Shown: positions 11,686 to 24,783 of the stretch, one piece after another
How the letters are laid out: each line of letters starts with the position of its first letter
How positions within the stretch are numbered: position 1 is the first letter of the stretch
Assembly (NCBI RefSeq): GCF_009914755.1
Contig: NC_060926.1
Direction: 5' to 3' (one strand)
DNA length: 64,000 bases
Origin: the human T2T-CHM13v2.0 reference genome, Homo sapiens
The notes under the pieces: model-generated
The model's input: the letters and a program-made list of their open reading frames with translations, nothing else
What the model was told of the DNA's origin: nothing
The model's database searches: none
Program-made: the position numbers and the translations under genes

Positions 11686-12137
11686 ATTGAGTAGGCTTTT
11701 GGGTGAGAGGTGAAAAACCCCAACTATCATGCATTGCAGCCCTCTGGTGGAAACTGTGCTTCAGGCTCTAAATTTCAGGCTCTAGACTGACTCCGGGATG
11801 AGTATTTGGAAGCTGAAGTCAATCTGTGGTCTCTTCTCCCGTAGAGCAGGAGTCAGCACTTTTCATAGAGTGCCAGATTCTATATATCCTGCCACATGCT
11901 CTGTTGTTACAGAACGAAGAAGGCCATAGACAGCATGGCTGTGTTGGCAAATACACAAAACAGGCAATAAGCTGTATTTGGCCTTTAGGCTGCAGTTTGC
12001 CAACCCCTGCACTAACACAGAGCTTAAAGGTGGTGGTGGTGTGCTGGAGCTAGCTTATATCAGCTTGCAATAGCCAATTGCTAACATCTCTTCCAAACTC
12101 TGTGTCTGTGCCTTGATGTTGATAGTTTGAAATTGGC
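11686..12137 (+). repeat. Left arm of ~450-bp inverted duplication
   Basis: Reverse complement of 13633-14081. By-eye alignment gives about 17 substitutions and 5 small indels. ORFs 11826+ and 13746- give near-identical peptides. Confidence 0.95.
11739..11750 (-). promoter_or_regulatory. CTCF consensus motif (reverse) in left arm
   Basis: GCCCTCTGGTGG is the reverse complement of CCACCAGAGGGC, matching CCASYAGRKGGC. Confidence 0.5.
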
Positions 12138-12365
12138 TACCCCATTTAATGCTGCAATCTTTTCTCACCCCAGCACTACTGACTCCCCTTTGCCCTGTCT
12201 TATTTTTCTCACTCTAACATGCTGTATAGTTTTCTTCTTACATTTATTGTTTGTGTCTTCCACTAGCATGTATGTCCCACAAGTTCTTTGCTCTGTGATG
12301 TATCCCAAGAACCCACTGCAGTGCTTGGCACTTGTAGGAACTCCATAAGATTTTTATAAATGAAG
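12138..12365 (+). mobile_element. L2 3' end
   Basis: ttatttttctc...ttccactag...tgtatccc...gtgcttggcacttgtagg...aaatgaa resembles the L2 tail. Confidence 0.6.
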
Positions 12366-12605
12366 AAAGGAAGAAAAAAGAGAGGGAGGGAGAAAGGAAA
12401 GGAAGCCTTCTATTTAAATGATGGCCTTCTCCATATTTCTATAGTAATATGACTTCCCTTGCAAAGGAGATGCATTTTGGAAAATGTGTATAAATAAACT
12501 CAGGTGGTTTTGAATTTCATTTTCCTAACTGTAATTGTAATCATTGGTCTTTATGTTTAGTGAAAAAGTTTTGGCCCTTATGCCTCACACCTGAGAATCC
12601 CAAAG

Positions 12606-13030
12606 TATTGGTTTGTTAGAGCTCCCATAGAGAACCATAAACTGGGTGGCTTAAAACAACAGAAATGTATCGTCTCCTGGTTCAGGAGGCCGAAGTCTGA
12701 ACTCCAGGTGTTGGTTCATTCTGAGAGCTCTGAGAGAGAATCTGTTCCAGGCCTCCCTTCAGTTTGTGGTAGCTCCAGGGTTCCTTGGCTGGTGGCAGCA
12801 AAACTCCAGTCTCTGCCCCCATCTTCACATGACTGTCTTCTCTCTGTGTTTCTGTGTCCAGATTGTCCTATAAGGACAGAGTCATACTGAATTAGGGCTC
12901 ACTCGAATGACTTCATCTTAAGTTGACCTGTATCTGTAAAGACCTTATTTCCAAGTAAGGTCACATTCACAGCTACTGGGGGATAGGACCTCAACATATC
13001 TTTTTGGGGGACATAATTCAACTCATAATA
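12606..13030 (-). mobile_element. MaLR LTR (MLT1B-like) in inverted-repeat spacer
   Basis: actgggtggcttaaaacaacagaaatgtat...gaccttatttccaagtaaggtcacattc...gggggacataattcaa. Confidence 0.75.
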
Positions 13031-13632
13031 CCCAACATGATAACTGTTCATCTCATGAAATTTAATGTCTCTCAAAAGGTGATCTCAGGGCATTTAATCT
13101 GTGACAGAAACTCCCATAGGAAACATTCCAACCAGAAGCTCCTTTCACAGCTGGTCACTCCTCCTACCCCATCCGAGGTCCTGGGGCAGGGTGAGGCAGG
13201 TGGGGACAAGAAGAAGGCTGTCTCGGGTGTAGAAAGAGAAGACCCTTATTCACCCGGCACTCTGTTCATGAATGAGCTATCCAGCATAGGATATAATAAA
13301 TCGCTTTAGGAGTGGTAGACTCCAAACATTTTTTTGGTCCCAGTTATCCTAATCAATTAAACAAACTCTAGAACACATCTTGAAGTGCAGGCATTGGGAC
13401 ATTATGAAACTTACACAGAATTCAAAAATTTACAAGGGCTAAATAAAACAGGGTCTGACATCTAATATTTTCTTCCCACATTCCCATGCACTGTCTGGCT
13501 CAACCATCCCCAACCCTCACTCTCATCCTGGTGGACACATGCCTAGTGATGTGATCAGCTGGTTCACAGGGGGCTGGTGATGGTGGATATACAGCTTTTG
13601 CCAATTTCCATGGCATAACTACTCCAAATATG

Positions 13633-14081
13633 GCCAATTTCAAACTACCAACATGAAGGCACAGACACAGAGTTTGGAAGAGATGTTAGCAATTGGCTAT
13701 TGCAAGCTGATATAAGCTAGCTCCAGCACAGCACCACCGCTACCTTTAAGCTCCTTGTGTTAGTGCAAGGGTTGGCAAACTGCAGCCTAAAGGCCAAATA
13801 CAGCTTACTGCCTGTTTTGTGTATTTGCCAACACAGCCATGCTGTCTATGGCCTTCTTTGTTCTGTAACAACAGAGCATGTGGCAGGATATATAGAATCT
13901 GGCAGTCTTTAATAAGTGCTGACTCCTGCTCTACAGGAGAACACAGATTGTCTTCAGCTTCCAAACATTCATCTCTGAGTCAGTCTAGAGCCTGAAATTT
14001 AGACTGAAGCACAGTTTCCACCAGAGGGCTGCAATGCATGATAGTTGGGGTTTTCACCTCTCACCCAAAAGCCTACTCAAT
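13633..14081 (-). repeat. Right arm of ~450-bp inverted duplication (includes MER63A- and MER58-like relics)
   Basis: Mirror of 11686-12137; spacer 1495 bp. Confidence 0.95.
14018..14029 (+). promoter_or_regulatory. CTCF consensus motif (forward) in right arm
   Basis: CCACCAGAGGGC matches CCASYAGRKGGC. Confidence 0.5.
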
Positions 14082-16879
14082 TTTTTACTGCAAAAACATG
14101 TTATCATCATTATTTTTTACTTAGCCCACCTTTCCTTGGCAATTTTCCATAGGAAAATGCATTCTAAATTTCAACTAATCAGGGGACTTGGAGCCTCTGG
14201 ACACCCCCTTGTTCCTTGCCCACAGTCCCTTGCAGAAGGTGCCTTATCAGAGCGGCTCCATGCAGGGGCTCAGGACAGGATCAGATGTCAGTTGCACCAA
14301 GGGGGCAGGGACAGATCCTCTCTGCTGACCATGCAGAAGGGACTGTTCAGTGCACCGTCATGGTCCTGGTGATTTCTGGCCCATAAGGGAATTTTCACAT
14401 GCATCGGGTGATTGTCACATCAGCACAACACTGTGAGGAAGGCAGAGTGAGAATTTGTGTGCCCATTTTATAGGTGAGAAAACAGATGCAGAGACATTAA
14501 GTAACTTCACCACAGTCATGCGGGTTTTAAGTGGCAGACTTTCAGGTGTTGTGACTCCTAGTCCAGAGTTCTTTGCACTGCCCCTGAGGTGCTAAAACTC
14601 TACTGTGCTTTAAGACTCACTTGGGGAGCTTCCTAAAAAGAGAGATTGCACAACCTGAGATTCTTGTTTAACTGTTTTGGGATGTAGCTCAGGGATCTAG
14701 CTGCCTTAAAAAAAAAAACTCCCAAGTAATTCTGATGCAAGCGGTTCTTTCTTGTCCACCTTTGAAGAAACACTGCCTCCTCCCTATACATTTCATTAGA
14801 AAATGGTAACATGTTTTTCAGCCTGAGAGCCATTTCTGGGTGACCGGACGTCGGCAGCCCGCTGTACTAGCTTTCAGTCTAGGCTTAAACACACATGATA
14901 GGAGATGTCCTACTCCAGATGATATGAGTCTGAACCATGGAAAAATTCCATTGTGTGGCACATCTGGTGGGTGTGCACTGTCCCCAGCAGTGAGGCACCC
15001 AGTGAAGACAGCAGCTGGGAGAGGCTTAGTTACATGCAGTGGGACAGTGTGGGCTAGACTGCTGAGCCCTCTGCAGTTTACTCTGTGTCAGGCAATGAGG
15101 GTGAAAGGCTGATCAGACCCACGTGCAGACCATACCCTCCAGGGAGACAGATATCAGTCAGGACAACCCCAAGTGTAGCTGGAGAAGCAGTGCCCAGGTA
15201 TGACCGGATGTGTATCCAACCAGGAAATCTGCATATAAATATAAGAGGAGAAAATGAACAGATGTTGCTCTTATATGTAGATATTTATGAAGAGCATATA
15301 ATTTTGTTTTGTGTGTTTTAAGAAGTTTATAAGTATGCCTTAAAAATGTATAGTATATACTGTAGGTATTTTTTCCATTAGATATTTTGTTTTTCATACT
15401 TATCCACATTGACATTGTAGCAACAGTATAATATAACAACCTCCTCTACAAAAGCAGAAGGAAGTGAAGCTTTGGAAGGAAGCACCCAGTGAGCTTGCCC
15501 CTTTCAGGTGGGTGCAGTGAGCAGGAGTCAGTGAGGTTGAGATCCTTTGAGAGGAGGCAGTCATTAACCAGGAAATCTGCACTGCATCCTGGCCACACCT
15601 AACCCTTGGACAATGGTGCTTGGAGCGCCTTCCAGCTCTTAAGGCTTGCGATTTCTTTCTCTCACTCTTCACCCACGATGATTAAATCTTCTCCTACAGA
15701 ATTGGACAACAAAGCCTTGAGTTCCTGCCTCCCCTGGTGTGATCACGAGGCATAGACATGGCCAGGAACATGTAGGTGTCTTTGAAAGCTGAACAAGTTA
15801 GTAAATTTCAAACCTCATTTCACCCACCAGTAAAATGGGAATAATAATAAACCTATTTTACATAGGGTTGACAAGAGGAGTAAAGAGGGATTCAATGAAA
15901 GTTCGTTATTATCATTTGTAGTAGCAGTGTTGATAATATCAACTGAAAGTTCATTATCATTATTAGTAGCAGTATTGATAACCCTCTTTTCTGTGCCTTC
16001 TCACTGGTGGGCCCAGGCCATCAGCAATGCCCAGGGTGTCATGGATCTCTGCTGCATCGGGCACCAGCTGTGTCAATGGTGAGAACAGTACAAGGGTGGG
16101 CAGGGCAAGGCAGGAAGCACCCAGGAGCAGCAGCTTCATGGGGTGAAGATGTCAGGAGCTTAGGGACAGTCAGAGCGGGTGTGCCTCCTCTTGTGGAGCC
16201 TTTCTGCGTGGGTAGGAACTGCTGCAGCTGTGGCCATGGATTCACCTGAATATGGGTGGAATTAGGCATTCAGCTGGGTTAGCTGTGCCTAGAAGGAGGA
16301 ACTCTAAACTGAGAACTTGTCCCTATTGCCACCTCTGATAGGCAGATGATCCATCCATCAGTGGCTGAGCTGAGGTGTGCATGGGGATGGGTAAGAGCCC
16401 ACACACAGGGCTGATGACTGAGTCTATTTAGAACAATAGATGTAAAATCTGATAATGTAAAATGTGATAGATTATTTTGTCAATTAGAAATGGTACCATA
16501 TAATTATATATATACATAAACATGTATACATATACACACATATACATGTGTGTATAAACACACACAGTATTGTCCCCTACTCATTCCATAAACCTGATGC
16601 CTTTAGCTGGGATTCCCAGCTTTCACTCTCCTCTCTGTCATCTGCTGTCTATATCCTCCCCATCCTGTAATTCTGGCTTATATGCCACTTCCTCCCTAAA
16701 GCCCTCCCTCAATCCCTTGCTGGAAGTGACATTTTCCTCTTTGAGCTGCCCCTGCTTGTGCTTTGGTGAGGTCAGCTGTATTGCAGTACCTTGTATTGTG
16801 GTTGTCACATCATCGTATAGAATTAATTTCTGACACATTCCGTATTTTTCAAAGGGCCTAGTGTGGGGCTTTAACAGTA

Positions 16880-17037
16880 ACTACGCCACCACGCCCAGTT
16901 AATTTTTTGTATTTTTGGTGGAGACAAGGTTTCACCATGTTGGCCGGGCTGGTTTCGAACTCCTGACTTCAGGTGATCTGTCTGCCTCAGCCTCCTGGAG
17001 TGCTAGGATTGCAGGCATGAGCCACTGCACCCAGCCA
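16880..17037 (-). mobile_element. Alu left-arm fragment
   Basis: tttttgtatttttggtggagacaaggtttcaccatgttggcc...gagccactgcacccagcc. Confidence 0.85.
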
Positions 17038-17039
17038 CC

Positions 17040-18125
17040 TATCAAAATTTTAAGTGCCATTTTTATTTTTTATTTTTTGTAGAAATGGACAAGCTGATCG
17101 CAAAATTCACATGGAATTGCAGGAGGTTCCAAATAGCCAAAACAATCTTGAAAAAGAAGAACAAAGTTGGAGGATTTACACTTTCCAGTTTCAAGACTTA
17201 GCTCTTAGCTACAAAGCTACAGTAATCAGAACACTATGGTCCTGGCATAAGTGATGCTGGACAGGTGAGCCCCAAAGTGGGACTTAACCTGTGAAGGTTC
17301 TTGGCCTTGCCCAGGAAGGAATTCAAGGGCAAGCCCATGGGACAAGAAAACAGCTTTATTGAAGGGGCAGTATTACAGCTCCAGCCCTGTTACAGCTCCA
17401 GCCCTGTTACAACTCTGACTACTCCTGCACAGAAGGGCTACCCTGTAGGCAGAGAGTAGCAACTCAGGGCAGTTTTGCAGTCATTTATATCCACTTTTAA
17501 CACATGCAGATTAAGGGACAATTTATGCAGAAATTTCTACGGAATTGGTAATAACTTTTGGGTCATGGAGTCATCATGGAAGGGGGGCGGGGAACTCCCT
17601 GGTGTTGCCATGATGACGGTAAACTGATATGGCGAACTGGTGGGTATGTCACATGAAAAGCTCCTTCCACCCCAGCCCTGTTTCAATTAGTCCTCGGTTT
17701 GGTCCAGTGTCCAAGTCCTGCCTCCAGAGTCAAGTCCCACCCCCTACCTCTTAAGGAGAGATGTAAATACATGGAATAGAATTGAGAGTCCAGAAATAAT
17801 CTCATACATCTATGATCAATTGATTTTCAGCAAAGGTGCCAAGACCATTCAATGAGGGAAAGAATCATATTTTCAACAAATGGTGCTGGATAACCACATG
17901 TGAAAGAATGCAACTGGGCCCTTATCTCACACCATATACAGAAATTAACTCAAAATGGCTCAAACACTTACATGTAAGAGCTAAAACTATAATATTCTTA
18001 GAAGAAAACAGGGATATATCTTTATGACCTTGGATTTGCTGGCTGATTCTTAGATGACACTGAAAGCACAAGCAACAAAAGAAAAAAAAATAGGTAAATT
18101 GGACCTCATCAAAATTTAAAACTTT
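17040..18125 (+). mobile_element. Old L1 ORF2 fragment split by an LTR
   Basis: YKATVIRTLWSWHK and ...FNKWCW...L-PYLTPYT-INSKW are L1 ORF2 C-terminal motifs. Confidence 0.85.
17252..17751 (-). mobile_element. ERV1 solo LTR (MER66-like)
   Basis: 4-bp TSD TAAG at 17248-17251 and 17752-17755; interrupts L1 after WHK; reverse-strand AATAAA; short tandem ttacagctccagccctg units. Confidence 0.7.
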
Positions 18126-18127
18126 TA

Positions 18128-18292
<165 letters not shown>

Positions 18293-19007
18293 TTATAGAT
18301 CTCTGGATCTTGCCTTCGGAGACTGACTCAACTAACTGGTCTGGGTGGGAGCCCAGCCATTTGTATTTTTTGAAAACTCTCCAAATGATTTTACTGTGCA
18401 GCCAAGGTTGAGAATCACTGTATCATAGGGTTGGACTCCTAACTGGAAACAGTTTGCACCATCAGGTGTCGCAGCATTCTGATAATAGTTAAGCTTTCCT
18501 CCTAGATTTTCTGATATTAGATGAGTCATGTTTACAAGTTTTTACCAAGAGACAAACTATCTTTCTGCCCTTACTTTCTCTCTTATACTATTCTAATCCC
18601 AGAACCCTTTGGAACTTCCACTGAGAGATGAATCTAGAAAGTGACTCTCTTGGCTACAACAGAGAGTAATGTTGGCCTGTTTGTGCCAGATCCAGTTGGT
18701 GCTGGTGGTGGGACAGCACCTCCCTGAAATCCCCTCCTCTCCCGTCAGATTCAGTCCCCCATTTGCATCACGTACAATCATCACTATGGGTTTCTATTAC
18801 CTTGCTAGGGCATTTGGAGGTACCATATATACCAACTATTAGTTTTGAGCCATGGTTCCCAAAGTGTGGACTGTAGGGCACCTCAGCACACTCACGAGGT
18901 GTCATGGGATATTTAAATATTCTGAAGAAAACACAGTGACATCTGTCAGGCCCGTGAAAACCGTTGGCATTAAATTGTCTCAACCCAATTGCTTAAGAAG
19001 CAGAACT

Positions 19008-19416
<409 letters not shown>

Positions 19417-19576
19417 TTAGAAGCTGGAGGTAGCATTCCTTGGGCACAGTACTGCCTTGGGATCAGCAAATCCTTTTGATGGTGCATTTAGGTGTGGCAA
19501 GACAGCTCTTAGAGTGGGACCGGGATGTGCTTGGAGACAGAGGGAACTAGATTGAGCTGCCCGATAAAGACATGCC

Positions 19577-19891
19577 AGCCTGGCAGAGTGTAGTGACTCA
19601 TGTCTGTAATCCTAGTGCTTTGGGAGGCTGAAGTGGGAGGATTGCTTGAGGCCAGGGGTTTGAGATCAGCCTGGGAAACAACAAGACCTCTACAAAAAAA
19701 AAAAAGAAAAAAAAAATTAACCACATGTGGTGGCATGCACCTGTAGTCCCAGCTACCTGGCAGGCTGAGGTAGGAGGATCACTTGAGCCCAGGAAGGTAA
19801 GGATACATTGAGCCATGACTGTGCCACTGCACTCTAGCCTGGGTGACAGAAAGAGACTCTGTCTCAGAAATAAATTAAATAACTAAATAAA
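19577..19891 (+). mobile_element. AluJ
   Basis: ggaggattgcttgaggccagg and ggaggatcacttgagcccagg are J-type diagnostics. Confidence 0.88.
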
Positions 19892-20407
19892 TATATAGTG
19901 GCCATGACATCCCTAGAAAGACAAGGTCCTGGGAATAGGTAGAAGCCAAGGGAAATGAGAAATGAGAGGGGGCCCTGGAGCTGGAACTGGGGGAGCAGGA
20001 TGGCCTCTGAGAAGTTCCTGATAGTGGTGTCACTGATGTGTCTGATGTTTAGTTGTAATTATTTGCTGGGCCCCTGTCATCCCTCATATCTGATAGCTCT
20101 TTGCTAGTCAAAGTGTGGTCTGGGGATCAGCGGCATCAGCATCACTTGAGAACTTGTTAGAGATGCAGAATCTAGAGCCCTACCCGGGACCCAGAAACAG
20201 AGCCTGCATTTTAACAAGCTCCCCAGGTGATTCTCACACACACTCGCATTTGAGAAGCACTGGGCTAGTTGACAGATTCTCAGGCATGGCTGACATTGAA
20301 ATATCCAGGGAGCAGGCTTGGCATTAGGATGTTTAAAAGTCCTCCAGGTGTTTCTAAAGCCAGGTTTGAGGAATTACTGGGCTGATACAAATGTTTTGTG
20401 ATGATGC

Positions 20408-20409
<2 letters not shown>

Positions 20410-20457
<48 letters not shown>
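20410..20457 (+). repeat. (TG)n microsatellite
   Basis: About 24 TG units. Confidence 0.95.
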
Positions 20458-20459
<2 letters not shown>

Positions 20460-20658
20460 GGGAGTTCTGGGTCAGTTGGCACCAACACAGGAAACAATTG
20501 AAATATGTGAGCCATGACAGAAAGGTCAGGAGATAAAAGAAATTAGTGACATGAGAGGTACTCCTCAGGTGTTAGGAAATAGGGTAGAGCAAACCAGGTT
20601 TTCCACCATATGTTGGATAGGGGTTCAAGTAAATTTCTACTTAAAAATTACAAACAGG

Positions 20659-20940
<282 letters not shown>

Positions 20941-21825
20941 AAAATTCCAAACAGGATGACCCTAAGCCTGCAGGACTTGGAGACATCTAGGTGACTGATA
21001 CTCAGTCACAAAACATAATTGGTCACAGGCCTGATGAAATGCACAGCAGACCTTCAGATGGTATGCACTCAAGTGATATCCACAAGTCCACCTAAAGAAA
21101 TGCTATATTCAGACATTTGGCATCAATCTCTATCAAACAAAGATAGTCCAAAGCAATGGGTTCCAAAAACACTTTCCTAAGACAAATTCTCTATTTGCTT
21201 TTAATATCAGTCATCCCAGCCCTTGGAATAGAGGAGCAAATGATACCAGTGGTACCCTAACACAATGCACCAAGGTATTATACTCTCATGCTCCATTTTC
21301 TCCCTCTGTCTACATCACTAATAACTCATTGATTTCTGGTGCAAGCCCTCCTGGGAGAAAAAGTCTACTCTTGTACCTTGGAGCAAGTTGTTCAGAGTAG
21401 GTATCGAGGATAAAATTTGGAAAGTTAGAAAAGCTATTAGAAGGAGATCCTAGTAGTTGAAAACACAGCCTGGCCAAGTCAATGATGCTATTTCATCTCC
21501 CCAGCCTTGCATGTCCATAGCTAAGGAAGACAATTTAGGCTTGGGCTAGAGGATGGGAAAGGGCAAAATTACTGATGCCACAGCCCAGAGAGGTATTCTA
21601 GTAATCTGAGGGTGAGGACCACATACCTGGTTCAGGGACGTACAGTGTTGACAGCTGTGAGTGGATGCCTGGAGTTCTGGCATGTCTTCTAGCACAATGA
21701 TACCTGAGACTCTTGCATCATTGGGAATAATAAAATGGGAGTGGATAGATATGAAATTATGATGGCAATAAGCAATCAGCTAATAGCTTCATTGATGGGA
21801 CAGATTAAAGATGGCTGCAGATCCT

Positions 21826-21993
21826 TTGGTCCAGGGTTGGGATACAGGCAGCATTTGTATTGGAATGCTGATAGTCTGAGGCCATGAAAAGTCCACCTGC
21901 AGTAGTGGTAGGAGGAACAAGCCTCACTTTCTTCAATGTGTGTGACTGCTGTCTTGATTCCCTGGGTGGCCAGTTCCATTCGTGTGGTTCTTT
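21826..21993 (-). pseudogene. Inverted ~170-bp copy of the CDK8 C-terminal tail
   Basis: Minus strand reads [17 protein letters not shown] / [23 protein letters not shown] / YPNPGP and mirrors 23698-23898. Confidence 0.9.
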
Positions 21994-21999
21994 GGTCCA

Positions 22000-22690
22000 C
22001 TTGACTCTGGGGTGGCTCTGTGATGGCTTGACCAATAGAATGTAGTGGAAATGATGCTGTAATCATTTCCAGCCTCTTCCAGCCTTAAGGAACTGGCAAC
22101 TTTTATTTCTGTCCCTTGGAATACTTGTTCTTGCAACCCATCCATCATACAGTGAGAAATTCTAAGCTGCCCCCTTAAGAGGCCCACATGGTGATAAATT
22201 GGGGTCTTACATACAGCCCTAGCTGTGCTCCTAGCTGACAAACAGTAGCAACTTGTCACCAGGCGAGTGAACCACTTAGTACTGTATACTCCAGCCCCAG
22301 TTGAGCAATGTGGAACAGAGTAAACCATCTCAGCTTAGCCCTGCCCAAACTGCAGAATTATGAGCAAAATAATCCACTAGGCTTTGGGCTGATTTGTTCC
22401 AGATTACTGGAACAGAATTTGGTACCAGGGGTGAGGTGCTACAGCAATGAAAGCTTAAGACACGTGACTTTGGTTTTGGGTCTGAGTGGCAGGGGAGCTT
22501 GGCAGGCCTCAAGGAAACTTTTAGGGAGGGTTGAAGCATAGTGAGGAAAACAGTAGGGGAAGCTAGAGGAAAAAATGATGCTTGGTATGTAGTGGTGGGA
22601 AGTTTAGCAAAACTCGCCTGATGTAATGTGGGAAATTGTAAGAACTCAGAACGATTTAAGGGCATGTTTTATAGGTCCTTTAAGAAACTT
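22000..22690 (+). mobile_element. MaLR MLT1 LTR plus start of internal sequence
   Basis: gaccaatagaatgtagtggaaatgatg...ccctgcccaaactgcaga...ttggtaccagg (int start). Confidence 0.6.
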
Positions 22691-22693
22691 CTA

Positions 22694-23106
<413 letters not shown>

Positions 23107-24783
23107 TTATAAATGGATAATGCAAAACATTTTAAAGAATTTTACTAGCTTACATTAGCAGATTTGGATCCAGTGATTGTTACATTCTGGTACTGAGCCC
23201 CTGAATTACTTCTTTGAGTAAGGCATTATACCAAAGCTATTGATAGTTGGGCTTATAGGGTGTATGTTCGAAGAACTACTAATGTCAAAACCAATATTTC
23301 ACGGTCGACAAGAGGACATCAGAACTGGTAATCCTTATTACCATGACTGGCTGGACAGAATACTCAATGTAATGGGATTTCCTGCAAATAAAGACGGGGA
23401 AGATGTAAAAAAGATGCCTGAACATTCAACATTAATGAAAGATTTCAGAAGAAATATGTATACTAACTGCAGCCTTATCAAGTATATGGAAAAACACAAA
23501 GTTAAACCAGATAGTAAAGCATTCCACTTGCTTCAGAAGTTTCTTACTATGGACCCAATAAAGTGAATTACCTGAGAACGGGGTCCCTGTTTCTTCGAAG
23601 ACCCACTTCCTACATCAGACGTTTTCACCAGTTGTCAAATCCCCTACCCAAAATGAGAATTTTTAACAGAAGAAGAACCTGATGACAAAGGAGCCAAAAA
23701 GAACCACCACCGGCAGCAGGGCCATAACCACACGAATGGAACTGGCCACCCAGGAATCAAGACAACGGTCACACACAGGGACCCCCGTTGAAGAAAGTGA
23801 GGCTTGTTCCTCCTACCACTACCTCAGGTGGACTTTTCACGGCCTCAGACTATCCGCGTTCCAATCCACATGCTGCCTATATCCCAACCCTGGACCAAGC
23901 ACATCCCAGCCGAAGAGCAGTGTAGGATACTCAGCTACCTCCCAGCAGGCTCCACAGGACCCACGTCAGACACACGGGTACTGAGCTGCATCGGAATCTT
24001 GTCCGTGCACTGCTGTGAATGCTGCAGGGCTGACTGTGCAGCTCTCCGTGGGAACCTGGTATGGGCCATGAGAATGTACTGTACAACCACACCTGCCCAG
24101 TAGCCAAGTTCCTTCCACCGCTTTTCACAGATCGGGGTAGTGGCTTCCAGTTTGTACCTATTTTGGAGTTAGACCTGAAAAGAAAGCGCTAGCACAGTTT
24201 GTGTTGTGGATTTGCTACTTTCATAGTTAACTTGACCTGGTTCAGACTGACCAGTACTTTTTTTTCCGTGACAGTCTATAGCAGTTGAAGCTGAGAATGT
24301 GCTAGGGGCAAGCGTTTGTCTTCATATGTCATGAATTCCTCCAGTGTAACAACATTGTCTGACCAATAGTACACACACAGACACAAGGTTTAACTGGTAC
24401 TTGAAAACATACAGTAGGTGTTAACTCAGTGAAATAACCAGGACTCAAAGTGAGATTATTTTGGTACACCTTTCTTGTTAGTGTCTTATCAGTGAGTTGA
24501 TTCATTTTCTACATTAATCAGTGTTTTCTGACCAAGAATATTGCTTGGATTTTTCTGAAAGTACAAAAAGCCACATAGTTTTTTTCAGAAAGGTTTCAAA
24601 ACTCCTAAAGATTAATTTCCAAGTATAAGTTTGTTTTTATTTTCAATCTATGACTTGACTGGTATTAAAGCTGCTATTTGATAGTAATTAGATATATTCT
24701 CATTGATATAAACCTGTTTGGTTCAGCAAACAAACTAAAATGATTGTCACAGACAATGCTTTATTTTTCCTGTTGGTGTTGCT

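Noticed and set aside
15685-15745. Faint resemblance to an IL-1 family last exon (FSYRIGQQSLEF)
   Set aside because: Lacks the ESAAxPGWF signature; too weak to call a pseudo-exon.
23240-23566. 108-aa kinase-like ORF
   Set aside because: Fragment of the CDK8 retrocopy between a frameshift and a stop. It lacks the N-lobe and catalytic motifs and has a non-ATG start.
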